This document shows, piece after piece, positions 39,470-52,265 of a stretch of DNA of 64,000 nucleotides. Location of the stretch: contig OX597842.1 of the NCBI GenBank assembly GCA_951406725.2, positions 22,444,001 to 22,508,000 of the forward strand. The letters are read 5' to 3'. Each line of letters opens with the position of its first letter. Position 1 is the first letter of the stretch. The stretch comes from Octopus vulgaris. Taxonomy: Eukaryota. Made by a program: the position numbers and the translations under genes. The notes beneath the pieces are model-generated. The model did no database searches. It was not told the DNA's origin and saw nothing but the letters and a program-made list of their open reading frames with translations.

Positions 39470-39560
39470 TTTAGTGATAATGTCATCTGATATCCTGAAA
39501 TAATAGAAAAACAGTATAAGTAATAGAGGATACTTAAACAATCGAAATTCAACAACAGAA
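39470..39560 (-). promoter_or_regulatory. 3' splice acceptor of ZNF4 (exon starts at 39494)
   Basis: reverse complement reads tttttctattatttcag|gatatcagatgaca. Confidence 0.7.
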
Positions 39561-39823
39561 ATTTTACTATATTTCTATATCATAGGTGCAGGAGTGGCTG
39601 TGTGGTAAGTAGCTTGTTTACCAACCACATGGTTCCGGGTTCAGTCCCACTGCATGGCACCTTGGGCAAGTGTCTTCTACTATAGCCTCGTGTCTTGTGA
39701 GTGGATTTGGCAGACGAAAACTGAAAGAAGCCGTCGTATATATATATATATATATGTATATACCACCCAGCGGTGGTGCCCCAGCATGGCCGCGGCCTTC
39801 GGGCTGAAATATTTTAAAGGATT

Positions 39824-39854
<31 letters not shown>

Positions 39855-40072
39855 ATGCGCGCGTGTATGTTTGTATGTCTGTGTTTGTCCCCCCAACATC
39901 GCTTGACAACTGATGGTGGTGTGTTTACATCCCTGTAATCTAGTGGTTCGGCAAAAGTGACCGATAGAATAAGTACTAGGCTTACAAAGAATATGTCCTG
40001 CGGTCGATTTGCTTGACTAAAGGCGGTGCTACAGCATGGCCGCAGTCAAATGACTGAAACAAGTAAAAGAGT

Positions 40073-40465
40073 GTATATAAAGCTGAAGTTGTCTGTGTGT
40101 GGCAGGTTTAGTAGCTTTCAACTAACATTATCTCCTCCGAGACTCTGCAGCGCAAGTCGACTAAAATTGAGAGTATGATAGAAGAAGGCTTGCTCTTCGT
40201 TCCGTAGAAGACAAAATTCAAATCGGACCATGTTAACACCAAAACTTATTTACATCAAAATGGTGCTTTTTTTTCTATGAAAATCCCTACTTTTTAACGA
40301 TTTTTTTACTGTTGTATCGTCATTTTTCGGTGTATTTCAACCAGAAAAACGTTCACTTAAAGAGAATAACAAGCTACATAATGCAAAATTTTTACTTTTC
40401 AAAAATTCCAATTTTAAAGGGTCGAAAAGAAAACAAACCCGACCAACCCTGGGCTATACTGCTAG
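40073..40465 (+). mobile_element. Helitron-like element, same family as 22533-22905
   Basis: near-identical sequence, ends ...atactgctag|t. Confidence 0.7.
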
Positions 40466-40777
40466 TATATTTAAAAAGCGACGTTAAACCACGATCCATT
40501 AGAATATAAATATCTTTAGAAATAATGGTTTTAAGCACACTAGATTATTTCCGACCCAATTACACAGAAATGTCTGAAAGGCGTCAGTGGCTTCGTTGTA
40601 ATAAATACAACTGTATCAACAGTCGACGGTGAAGAAATAGCAGTCAAATCACCTCGATCTGTATCAAGGATATCCAAGCAAATCAAATACTGGATATACT
40701 TTCTATGAGAATATAATGAAATACTTGAAAGTGTTTTACTTTTCTATTATTACACGTTCATTATTAGAGATATTTCG

Positions 40778-41000
40778 GGTACTACTCGAGAACAGTGGTC
40801 TCAGTGCGCGCACTCGCATAGTCGCGCTAGCTAGTCGTGACTAGTCGATCCTACGACTACCTAGCAAAGTAAATAAAACACAAAATAATTTTTTTAACAC
40901 AAAGTAAATAATTTTTGTTAAACAAAGGATCGACTAGTCATGACTAGCTAGTGCGGGTAAGCGAGTGCGCGCACTGGGACCACTATTCTCAAGTAGTACC
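40778..41000. mobile_element. MITE M3 copy
   Basis: TSD gatatttc/gatatttt. Confidence 0.8.
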
Positions 41001-41220
41001 GATATTTTAAAGAATGATCTAGAATAAACTTGTAAATATGTTGTTGATTTGTCTGATTACCTGTTTAATTATCGATTTCAAATAATCTGCAGGACAATAG
41101 ATTATCGATCTCTGCTTAGCAACATAAAAACTTTCACCATTATCTGTTGTCGATTTCGTTTTTTTAATTTTAATTACCCGAGTTCACCGAATTTTGCTAA
41201 CAATAAAATATGTATTATAT

Positions 41221-41400
41221 CTTACCTGTTGCGATATATAAATCAGTGTTTAATGTGAAATAGATTTAATTAAACCACAGAACGGTTTCACAGGAAATTA
41301 AAAACCTTGAAGAATGAGATTACAAAAACAGACACGGATAAACGAACCGCAATGGAAATCCGGAAGCTATCATCTCGTATACGCAAGTGCGCACACACGC
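41221..41400 (-). promoter_or_regulatory. Candidate non-coding first exon/promoter of ZNF4 (donor CAG|GTAAG at 41226/41225; CCGGAAG ETS-like site near 41360)
   Basis: homologous to 54701-54850 upstream of ZNF5. Confidence 0.5.
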
Positions 41401-41487
41401 ACATAATTGGTCAGTTGTTTATTCTAGATCATTCTTCAAAATATCATCTCTAATAATGAACGAGTAATAATAGAAAAGTAAAACAAT

Positions 41488-41913
41488 GGCAATCTTTCGT
41501 CTCTAGTAGACCTTTCCGTCGATTTCCGTAAAAAAATTAATTTTTTTTACATATGGGGTTGCGGGAACTTTTGAAGTAATGAGAGCGAAAGAGACTAAGA
41601 GAAAGCGATTGTATGACGAGGGAAGTTCTTTTGAAGTTACCGTGCATGGGAAGCATTGATGTACATGTGTGTGTGTGTGTGTTTGATGGCGTGTGGGAGA
41701 CAGACAGTATGTTGTGTAAGTGAACTGCTTCTGTTAGTGTGTGTGAAGAGACAGAGTAATGTGTGAAAGAGAGAGATAACTGAAATTTTTTACTCGGTGT
41801 ATGTGTATATGTATGTATGTATATTACTTCAAAAGTTCCCGCAAGCCCATATGTAAAAAAAAAAAAAAATTACGGAAATCGACGGAAAGGTCTACTAGAG
41901 ACGAAAGATCGCC
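41488..41913. mobile_element. MITE family M1, second copy
   Basis: near-identical to 10125-10535; TSD aaaacaat/aaaacact. Confidence 0.85.
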
Positions 41914-42934
41914 AAAACACTTATATATAATATAATGAAATCATTGTATACAGTGATCAGGTGCACAACTTGTCAGAAAGTGCGTATAAAGTATATTTGC
42001 TTGGATATCCTTGATACAGGTCCGAGGTGATTTGACTGCTATTTCTTCACCGTCGACAGTTGATACAGTTGTATTTATTACAATGAAGCCACTGACGCCT
42101 TTCAGACATTTCTGTGTAATTGGGTCGGAAATAATTTAGTGCGCTTAAAACCATTATTTCTAAAGATGTTTATATTCTAATGGATCGTGGTTTAACGCCG
42201 CTTTTTAAATATACTAGCAGTATAGTCCAGGGTTGGTCGGGTTTGTTTTGACTCTTTAGAATTGGAATTTTTGAAAAGTAAAAATTTTGCATTATGTAGC
42301 TTGTTATTCTCTTTAAGTGAAAATTTTTCTGGTTGAAATACACCGAAAAATGGTGACATAGCAGTCAAAAAATCGTAAAAAAATAGGGATTTTCATAGAA
42401 AAAAAGCACCTTTTTGATGTAAATAAGTTTTGGTGTTAACATGGTCTGATTTGAATTTTATCATCTACAGAATGAAGAGCAAGCCTTCTTCAGTTGTTCA
42501 TAATTAATTATGTGTGTATCTTTTTATTTAAAATATATATTTATGTGAATGTGTGTGTGAGTGTATGCATTTATACATATAAAAATGCGTATATATATAT
42601 ATATATATATAGAAAGAGCGGTTAAAACTATTTTAACTGCTCTTTCTAGTGAGTCAGATATCCTATTATCGGTTACCTCTTATGTGTTTGAATGTAGTGT
42701 ATTCTTCTCTGAATGATGTATAGTCTATTGACTAATTTTTTCCTTCTCGCTAGACCACTGGTTGCTAAGAAATTTTCTATAAATATTTTTGCTACCCTAA
42801 GATTTTTTAATATACAAATTAGAGAAAAAAAACCCACTTATGCAATTCAAATAATGACAGACATAAACCAAATCATAAATAAAAAATAAAATATATTTTT
42901 ATAAAACATATAACTCCCTAATATTATTATTATA

Positions 42935-44452
42935 CAGTGGGGGGAAATAAATATTCGTACATGTCAAAATTCTTTATTTAATTTCTAATGAACATAAATG
43001 GGATATATCAATACTGTATTTGCATACACATGCATAAACTAAGAATAGGCAAAAGAAACTTATAAATTATAGTAACTAAGGAATTTATATTCAATTATAA
43101 ATATTTAGGGGTGAAAAAAGTATTCGTACAAAACATAAATAACTGATAATTTTGATTTATTTCTTCGTAGCATAACCATTATTCAGTTCCACTTCAACCA
43201 ATCTCTTGTAGTTCTTAATCAAAGACTCGCATGTTTCTTTAGGAATTTTTTCCCATTCTTCTTGACAAATTTTCTTCAAATCTGCAATGCACTTTGGGGC
43301 TCTTGAATGAATTTTAATTTTCAAATAACGCCACAAATTTTCAATGGGGTTCAAGTCGGGTGACTGGCTTGGCCATTCTAATAATTTTATATTGTGATCG
43401 ACAATCCATTTTTTGGTAGACTTCGCCGTGTGATGAGGGTCGTTACCCTGTTGTAAAACCCACCCTTCACAAAGCTGGAGCTTTTCTACAGACTCCCATA
43501 AATTATTGTTCAAAATATTTTGGTATATCTCTGCATTCATTCTACCATCTATCACATGTAAATTGCCAGTACCATTTGCAGAGAAGCATCCCCATACCAC
43601 GATGTTGCCACCTCCAAACTTTACGGTAGGAATTGCGTTTTTCCTCCCACCATGGCTATGCGAATTTCGTCCAAACAATTCAATTTTCGACTCGTCTGTC
43701 CATAGAACATTTTCCCAGAATGTATCAGATTTATCTTTATGTTCATAAAAAAATTTTAAACGGGCATCTCTATGCCTTTTAGACAACAGCGGAGTTTTTC
43801 TAGGAGAGAGTGACTCCACTTCATTCCTATGAAGTTCATTGCTGATTGTTCGTAGTGTAACACTCGTCCCTGAAGCTAACAAATCTTCTTGCAACTCCTT
43901 TCTGGTGATCATTGCGTTTTTTTCGATTCTTCGCTTCATTTTTCTTACAGATCTAGGAGAAATCTTGCGTGGTGCACCGGACCTTATTCTGTTTTCAACA
44001 GTTCCCGATTCTTTATATCTTTGAATAAATGAACATATGGTAGTAAATGGAATACAAAGGGTCTTTGATATATTCCTGTAACTTTTACATGCTTTCCACT
44101 GTTCAATAATTAAGTTTTTCACTGAATTTGTGAGTTCTTTACTTTTCGCCATTCTTACGATTCTACTTTATGTTGTCTCAGTGCTGAATGAAGAATCTGG
44201 TGTTTTGGCACTTAAAAATGACAACTGATTTTAACAGTATTTTGGGGCATAGAAAATCATAAATTTATTCTGTACGAATATTTTTTCACCCCTAAATATT
44301 TATAATTGAATATAAATTCCTTAGTAATTATAATTTATTAGTTTCTTTTGCGTATTCTTAATTTATGCATACGTATGCAAATATAGTATTGGTATATCCC
44401 ATTTATGTTCATTAGAATTTTCACATGTACGAATATTTATTTCCCCCCAATT
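42935..44452 (-). mobile_element. Full-length Tc1-family DNA transposon with ~200-bp IR/DR-type TIRs
   Basis: TA|CAGTGGGGGGAAATAAATATTCGTACA left end; inverted copy at ~44262-44452; each TIR has an inner direct repeat (tattcgtaca). Confidence 0.9.
43157..44152 (-). pseudogene. Tc1 transposase, DD34E type, second catalytic Asp changed to Gly
   Basis: HTH N-terminus, WTDESK, QQGNDPHH (normally QDND), SPDLNPIE with 34 residues between G and E; apparent short deletion before PTVKFGGG. Confidence 0.85.
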
Positions 44453-44691
44453 ACAGATAAAACCACTTTAATGATTTTATCAAGTGGCCAGCGGGAAATA
44501 AAAACCTTGTAGGTAACATTTTATACTAATTTATAAATCAATATATATATGTGTGTGTGTGTGTGCTAAATACGATTGATTCGCTGCGGAATGAGCGACT
44601 GGACAAGGCAATGTTTGAACCTAAATCTTCTCAGAAATAACCTGTCTAACGTAATACCTACGCGTCTGTTGTCTTCAAATCTAAAAACTTC

Positions 44692-44997
44692 TGTACTACT
44701 AGCGAACAGTGGTCCCGGTGCGCGCGTTCGCATACTCGCGCTAGCTAGTCGTGACTAGTCGATCCTTACTGTGTGTTTTTGTGTTATTTACTTTGTTTAA
44801 AAAATTATTACTTTGTGCGTTTGTGTTTTATTTACTTTTTTAAATAAAAATTATTTACTTTGTGTAAAAAATTTATTTATTTTGTGTTTTATTTACTTTG
44901 TTAGGTAGTCGTTGTAGGATTGACTACTTACGACTAGATAGCGCGGACGCGCGACTGTGCGTGTGTGCACACCGGATCCAGTCTTCGCTAGTAGTAC
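44692..44997. mobile_element. MITE M3 copy
   Basis: gtactactagcgaacagtggtcccgg ... cgctagtagtac. Confidence 0.75.
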
Positions 44998-45106
44998 ACA
45001 GCTAAGCAAATGGCCTTTCCTGAATGCATTAAACTACCCACAATTAAATAAATTCAGTTCGTTTCGAACCACGCTTGTTTGGTAGACGGAAACTGAAAGA
45101 AGCCCG

Positions 45107-45107
<1 letters not shown>

Positions 45108-45198
<91 letters not shown>
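45108..45198. repeat. (TA)n microsatellite, ~90 bp, inside SINE A pieces
   Basis: pure TA run. Confidence 0.95.
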
Positions 45199-45201
<3 letters not shown>

Positions 45202-45462
45202 AGTGGCTGTGTGGTAAGTAGCTTGCTTACCAACCACATGGTTCCGGGTTCAGTCCCACTGCATGACACCTCAGGCAAGTATCTTCTACTATAGTCTCGG
45301 GCCGACCAAAGCCTTGTGAGTGGATTTGGTAGACGGAAACTGAAAGAAGCCACTGAATGTGTGTATGTGAACGTATGCATGTGTACATATAAAGATATTG
45401 CACTAAAAATAATGTTCCGTCGCATGTGCAACCGCACATACTCTATGCAGCACAGATACGTG

Positions 45463-45969
45463 GGTACTACTAGCGAACAGTGGTCCCGGTGCGCGCACTT
45501 GCGCGTCCTCGCTGGCTAGTTGTAAGTAGTCGATCCTGCAATTTTAATAAACTAAGTAAATAAATTATTTTTATAAACAAACTAGGGTTAGGGTTAAAAA
45601 GTCGTTGTAGGATCGACTACTTACGACTAGCTTGCGCGCACCGGGACCACTGTTCGCTAGTAGTACTAGGGTTAGGTTTAGGGTTAAAAAGTCGTTGTAG
45701 GATCGACTACTTACGACTAGCTAGCGCAGATGCGCACACTGGGACCACTGTTCGCTAGTAGTACTAGGGTTAGGTTTAGGGTTAAAAAGTCTTTGTAAGA
45801 TCGACTACTTACGACTAGCTAGCGCAGATGCGCACACTGGGACCACTGTTCGCTAGTAGTACTAGGGTTAGGTTTAGGGTTAAAAAGTCGTTGTAGGATC
45901 GACTACTTACGACTAGCTAGCGCAGATGCGCGAGTGCGCACACTGGGACTGCTGTTCGCTAGTAGTACC
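45463..45969. mobile_element. MITE M3 copy with the right arm repeated 4 times (98-bp period)
   Basis: TSD gatacgtg; units start near 45582, 45666, 45764, 45862. Confidence 0.85.
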
Positions 45970-46903
45970 GATACGTGTAGTACAATTTATTTTTTAAAAA
46001 CTATTTGACAAAATATAAGATTAACAAAGAAATTTGATGACGTACCAGTCTCTGTATATTTTATAATTGAAATCAAGGTACTTTTTGGTTATCTCCCCAT
46101 AAAAAACTATCGATACTGTTTAATCCGCAATAAAAATTTTAAAAAAAGAAGAAAATTCAATAAACCTGAAAACTGAAAAAATTATTCATCTTATTGAATC
46201 TCTCTTTACTCTTTTAATTGTTTCAGTTATTTGACTGCAGCCATGCTGGAGCACCGCCTTTAGTCGAGCAAATCGACCCCAGGATTTATTCTTTGTAAGC
46301 CTAGTACTTATTCTATCAGTCTCTTTTGCCAAACTGCTAAGTTACGGGAACGTAAACACACTAGCATCGGTTGTCAAGCGATGTTGGGGGTGACAAACAC
46401 AGACACACAAAACGTAAACACACACATACATATATACGATAGGCTTCTTTCAGTTTCCGTCTACCAAATCCACTCACAAGGCTTTGGTCGGCCCAAGGTG
46501 ACATGCAGTGGGATTGAACCCGGAACCATGTGGTTAGTAAGCAAGCTACTTACCACACAGCCACTCCTATGCCTATATATATATATATATACATATATAC
46601 AACGGGCTTCTTTCAGTTTCCGTCTACCAAATCCACTCACAAAGCTTTGGCCGACCCGAGGCTATAGTAGAAGACACTTGACTGAGGTGTCATGCAGTGG
46701 GACTGAACCCGGAACCATGTGGTTGGTTAGCAAGCTAATTACCACACAGCCACACCTATTTGCAAAATTTCCTTTAAAAATATAAGAAGAAAAAAGTGTT
46801 GGGACATGGAGGAAACGACTTGGATGAAAAGAAAGGAAGAAAGCTAAATCAAAGTTTTGTTGAACAAAAGAACCATATTTGTATAAAGGAGTTGCTGATT
46901 TGT

Positions 46904-47480
46904 GGCGAACTGGCAGAATCATTAGCACGCCGGGCGAAATGCTTAGCGGTATTTCGTCTGCGTTACGTTCTGAGTTCAAATTCCGCCGAGGTCGACTTTG
47001 CCTTTCATCCTTTCGGGGTCGATAAATTAAGTACCAGTTACGCACTGGGGTCTATGTAATCGACTTAATACCTATGTCTGTCCTTGTTTGTCCCCTCTGT
47101 GTTAAGCCCCTTGTGGGTAATAAAGAAATAGGTATTTTGTCTGCCGCTACATTCTGAGTTCAAATTCCGCCGAGGTCGACTTTGCCTTTCATCCTTTCGA
47201 GGTCGATAAATTAAGTACCATTTACGCACTGGTGTCGATGTAATCGACTTAATACCTATGTCTGTCCTTGTTTGTCCCCTCTGTGTTTAGCCCCTTGTGG
47301 GTAATAAAGAAATAGGTATTTTGTCTGCCGCTACGTTCTGAGTTCAAATCCTGCCGAGGTCGACTTTGCCTTTCATCCTTTCGGGGTCGATTAAATAACT
47401 GCCAATTACGCACTGAGGTTGATGTAATTGACTTTATCTGTTTGTCTGTGTTTAGCCCCTTGTGGGTAGTTAAGAAATAG
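46904..47480 (+). mobile_element. SINE family B with a tandemly repeated ~185-bp body
   Basis: GAACTGGCAGAA head, GAGTTCAAATTCC B box, cctttcatcctttcggggtcgataaa core; other copies 3647-4256, 11475-12010, 18799-19170, 26380-26600, 29298-29520(-), 34765-35120(-), 53165-53539(-), 57022-57220. Confidence 0.8.
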
Positions 47481-50400
47481 GATGGATGTGAGATGTAGTT
47501 ACTACTTATACTTGAACTGATGAGGTCGATGCTAGGAGCCATATATGACTGTAGATGTTGGGAGCTCACTGTTATTTGTGGAGGCGCAATGGCCCAGTGG
47601 TTAGGGCAGCGGACTCGTGGTCATAGGATTGCAGTTTCGATTCCCAGACCGGGAATTATTGAGCGAAAACACCTAAAGCTCCATGAGGCTCCGGCAGGGG
47701 ATGGTGGTGATCCCTGCTGTACTCTTTCACCACAACTTTCTCTCACTCTTACTTCCTGTTTCTGTTGTACCTGTATTTCAAAGGGCCGGCCTTGTCACTC
47801 TCTGTGTCACGCTGAATATCTCCGAGAACTACGTTAAGGGTACACGTGTCTGTGGAGTGCTCAGCCACTTACACGTTAATTTCACGAGCAGGCTGTTCTG
47901 TTGATTCGGATCAACCGGAACCCTCATCGTCGTAACCGATGGAGTGCTTCCACCACTGTTATTTGTAGTGTCAGAATTGTACAGAGAAGAAAATGACAAA
48001 ATCTCTTGGGTTTGTAACTGATATGAGGAGATTTTTTTTGTTCCTTCTTGAGCCATGCCTGACTCATAAGGGCCGGTTTCCTGGTTTCCTTGGTGTATAG
48101 GTTCCCCACCTGGACGGGACGCCGGTCCGTCACAGGTGAGCTGCAAGATGCAGGAGGAAAGAGTGAGAGAAAGTTGTGGCAAAAGAGTCAGCAGAAGTTC
48201 ACCATTACCTTCTGGCAGAGCCTCGTGGAGCTTAGGTATTTTGCTCATAAACACACACACATCGCCCGGTCTGATTCAAACCCATGACCCATCGACCGCA
48301 AGTCCACTACTCTAACCACGTGCCTCCACATATATATATATATATATATATATTGTTTCTTCCTTCTCAAGCCATGCCTGGCTCATAAGGGCCGGTTTCC
48401 CGGTTTCTTGGCATATAGGTTCCCCACCTGGACGGGACGCCGGTCCGTCACAGGTGAGCTGCAAGATGCAGGAGGAAAGAGTGAGAGAAAGTTGTGACAA
48501 AAGAGTCAGCAGAAGTTTGCCATTACCGTCTACTGGAGCTTAGGTGTTTCGATCATAAACACACATCGCCTGGTCTGAGATTCAAACCCATGACCCCTCG
48601 ACCGCGAGTTCGCTGCTCTAACCACTAGGCCATGTGCCTCCACTACGTGGATGTTGAATGTGAAGAAAAGCTGTGTTGAAGATGAAAATTCTATGAAAGG
48701 ACAGCAGCCAAAGTTGTTGATAACCAAATTTTATTTCCTGTTACATAAACTGTATTTCCAAACTACGAGGGGCAGTCATGTGTAAACAATCAAGAATTAT
48801 TTCTTCTAGTATGGATGTGTTGCAGTTTTCATGTTTGTTAACTACTAGATGTTAAAATAGGGGTCAGAGGAAGATAAAGATAGAATGAATGTATGTAGCT
48901 GGAAGTTCATAAAGTTGATAGGCTATAACTTAAATGTACCCTGTTGTTATCAGCAGTAGTTGGTAGACATAGAATGAAGATGCTGTAGGTGTAGGAGTGG
49001 CTGTGTGGTAAGTAGCTTGCTTACCAACCACATGGTTCTGGGTTCAGTCCCACTGTGTGGCACCTTAGGCAAGTGTCTTCTACTTTAGCCTCAGGCTGAC
49101 CAAAGCCTTGTGAGTGGATTTGGTAGACAGAAACTGAAAAGAAGCCTGTCATATATATGTATATATATATATATAGGTGTAGGAGTGGCTGTGTGGTAAG
49201 TAGCTTGCTTACCAACCACATGGTTCTGGGTTCAGTCCCATTGTGTGGTACCTCAGGCAAGTGTCTTCTACTTTAGCCTCGGGCCGACCAAAGCCTTGTG
49301 GTTGGTAAGCAAGCTACTTACCACACAGCCACTCCTACGCCTATGATAGGCTTCTTTCAGTTTCCATCCACTAAATCCCTTCACAAGACTTTGATCAGTC
49401 TGATGCTATAGTAGAAGACACATTGAGATTGAACCTAGAACCATGTGGTTGGGACTGAACCCAGATCCATGCCTATGCTTAGACGTTCTACATATAAAAT
49501 CAATGGAGAATAATTAAAGAGTAAAACAACTTTATTTTTCTTTCAGGTTTTAACAAATAATCACAAAATATGATGATGTCAGAATTGGAAAATCTCAATC
49601 TCGCAGCTGAAATGACTAAAGATTGAGATTAATGTTTTTAGACAGACGGGTCTGACACTCAGTACAAAATGAAGATTTCACACAACTAGTGATATTTTCC
49701 TGTATGGATAGTTATATGCTATGGTAAGTGAATTCCTTGGGAGAGTTATTTACCACAGATGGATGAAGTATTGAAGGCCAGTCTCAAAATCCTGGACATT
49801 ACAAAGGAGATGACAGACGATTGAGATATGTGAGTCATTACTGTATTGGAGAAGACCTGCCCACCACAACGGAACTGAGTTCCTGATACCAAGGTGTTAT
49901 TTAAAAAGCACTGGTGATGAGGCTATGTCAGAAGCACCCAGTACACTGTGGAATGGTTGGCATTAGGAAAGGTATGCAGTCATAGAAACCAAACCAAAAC
50001 AGACCATGGAACCTGGTGCAGCCCCTGGTCTCATCAGTTCCTGCGAAGCCATGGAAAACAGACATTAAATGTTGATGAAGATGATGATGTCACGGTGACG
50101 TTTTCTCTCCGGTTTGTGTTTAGATAAAGTATCATTAAGAGGAAATGATTTACCACAGATGGATGAAGTATTGAAGGCCGATCTCAAAATGCTGAACCTT
50201 ACAAAGGAGATGACAGACGACCGAGATATGTGGTGCATTGCTGTACTGAAGTCCTGCCTACCACAACAGAACTGAGATTCTGAAACCAAGGTGTCATATG
50301 AAAAGCACTGGTGATGGAGCCTGTTATAAGCACCCACTACACTCTGTGGAGTTGTGTGTCATTAGGAAAGGTATCCAGTTGTAGAAACCAATGCAAAACA

Positions 50401-50507
50401 GATTTTGGAACTGAGGTAGCTCCTAGCCTTGATAGTTCCTGCTAAGCCGTACAACCCATGCCAGCATGGAAAACAGGCGTTAAATGTTGATGATGAAGAT
50501 TATGATG

Positions 50508-51848
50508 TCACAGTGATGTTTTCTCTCTTGTATGAATGAGCTTGTGTCTAGTGAAAGTACCATTCATAGCAAATGATTTACCACAGATATCACAGTGATA
50601 CGGTTTCTCACCTGTATGAATACGCATGTGAGTAGTTAAGTTACCTTTTTGAGCGAATGATTTACCACAGATATCACAATGATATGGTTTCTCTCCTGTA
50701 TGAATACGTGTATGAGTAGTTAGGTAATCTTTTTGTGAGAATGATTTACCACAGATATCACATTGATATGGTTCCTCTCCTGTATGAATGTATTTGTGCT
50801 TAATTAAGTCACCGCTTCCACTGTATGATTTACCACAGATATCACACTGATATGGCTTCTCACCTGTATGAATACGTTTATGTTGAGTTAAGTTACAACT
50901 TATACTGAACGACTTGCCACAGATATCACAGTGATAAGGCTTCTCCCCTGTATGAACACGTTTGTGTTTTGCCAAACAACTTCTTCCAGAGAATGATTTA
51001 CCACAGATATCACACCGATATGGTTTCTCACCTGTATGAGTGTCCCTGTGCTGAATTAAATTACTATTCTGAGAAAATGATTTACCACAGATATCACACC
51101 GATATGGTTTCTCACCTGTATGAATACGTCTGTGAGTAGTTAAGTCACTACTTCCAGAGAATGATTTACCACAGATATCACAATGGTATGGCTCCTCTCC
51201 TGTATGAATACGTTTATGATGAATTAAACTATTCATCTGAGAGAATGTTTTACCACAAATATCACAGTGATATGGTTTTTCTCCAGTATGAACACGCTTG
51301 TGAGTAATCAAGGTCCAATTGGCAGTGAATGTTTTACCACAGATATCACAGTGATATGGTTTCTCCCCTGTATGAATGCGTTTATGGGCAGTTAAGTTAT
51401 GATTCTCAGAGAATGATTTACCACAGACAGCACAGTGATATGGTGTTTCTCCTGTGTGAACGCGTTTATGAGTTTTTAAGGTACTATTTTGAGAGAATGA
51501 CTTTCCACAGATATCACACTGATGTGGTCTCTCACCTGTGTGGAAGTATTTATGTTTACTTAAGTTATCCTTTGTAGTGAATGACTTATCACATATGACA
51601 CAGTGATATGGTTTCTCTCCTGTATGAATACGTTTGTGTTTAGTTAAGAGGTTATTTTGAGTGAATGATTTACCACAGATATCACAGTGATATGGTTTCT
51701 CTCCAGTAGAAATGCATTTATGAGTAGTTAGGTTCCCTCTCCGAGAGAAAGACTTTTTGCAGATATCACAACAGTACGATAATTTTCCTCCTTCTTTCGT
51801 CATCTCTTCACGAAGTAAGATATCCTTTACATTTCTCACATAACTCAT
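50508..51848 (-). CDS. C2H2 zinc-finger protein (ZNF5), 15 fingers (first lacks the second His)
   Basis: 446-aa ATG ORF of tandem fingers; close paralog of 61321-62409. Confidence 0.92.
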   Translation of the reverse strand: MSYVRNVKDILLREEMTKEGGKLSYCCDICKKSFSRRGNLTTHKCISTGEKPYHCDICGKSFTQNNLLTKHKRIHTGEKPYHCVICDKSFTTKDNLSKHKYFHTGERPHQCDICGKSFSQNSTLKTHKRVHTGETPYHCAVCGKSFSENHNLTAHKRIHTGEKPYHCDICGKTFTANWTLITHKRVHTGEKPYHCDICGKTFSQMNSLIHHKRIHTGEEPYHCDICGKSFSGSSDLTTHRRIHTGEKPYRCDICGKSFSQNSNLIQHRDTHTGEKPYRCDICGKSFSGRSCLAKHKRVHTGEKPYHCDICGKSFSISCNLTQHKRIHTGEKPYQCDICGKSYSGSGDLIKHKYIHTGEEPYQCDICGKSFSQKDYLTTHTRIHTGEKPYHCDICGKSFAQKGNLTTHMRIHTGEKPYHCDICGKSFAMNGTFTRHKLIHTREKTSL

Positions 51849-52179
51849 TGTTCTATAATGTTTCTGATACTACCACAATAAATAAATATTTTTCTTGTAT
51901 TTCTTCTAATATATATATGTTTCTGTTGACTTCAGTATCCGAAGGCTATAAATTTCTTTGTTAATGTATCCATGTTTAATTAGAATCTGAAATGTAAATA
52001 TTTCAGGAAGTGAGGAAGTGAAATATCTATCAATCTCAGTCCAGAACACAGTATTTCAGTTATTGATTCACAGATATAATATATAAACATGTTTATATCT
52101 GTTATTTATCACATCTTCCTTTAGTCTTTCAAAGTTTATTAATATTCATGACGTATCTCAAGTAAAAATCCATTCATGC

Positions 52180-52265
52180 CACAGACGTCTGATGTTCTGA
52201 AATGATATAGAAACAATATAAAATAAAGAAAATAGTTTAAAAGGAGAGATTCAATAATAGAAATG
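52180..52265 (-). promoter_or_regulatory. 3' splice acceptor of ZNF5 (exon starts at 52196)
   Basis: reverse complement reads ttctatatcatttcag|aacatcagacg. Confidence 0.7.

Larger units (their letters stand above)
40180..42491. repeat. Large inverted duplication (arms ~40180-41030 and ~41415-42491)
   Basis: 40180-40683 is the reverse complement of 41995-42491; further matches 40731-40776/41440-41487 and 41003-41030/41415-41445. Confidence 0.85.

Noticed and set aside
45580-45969. CRISPR-like regularly spaced repeats
   Set aside because: Whole units are near-identical with no unique spacers, no cas genes, eukaryotic context
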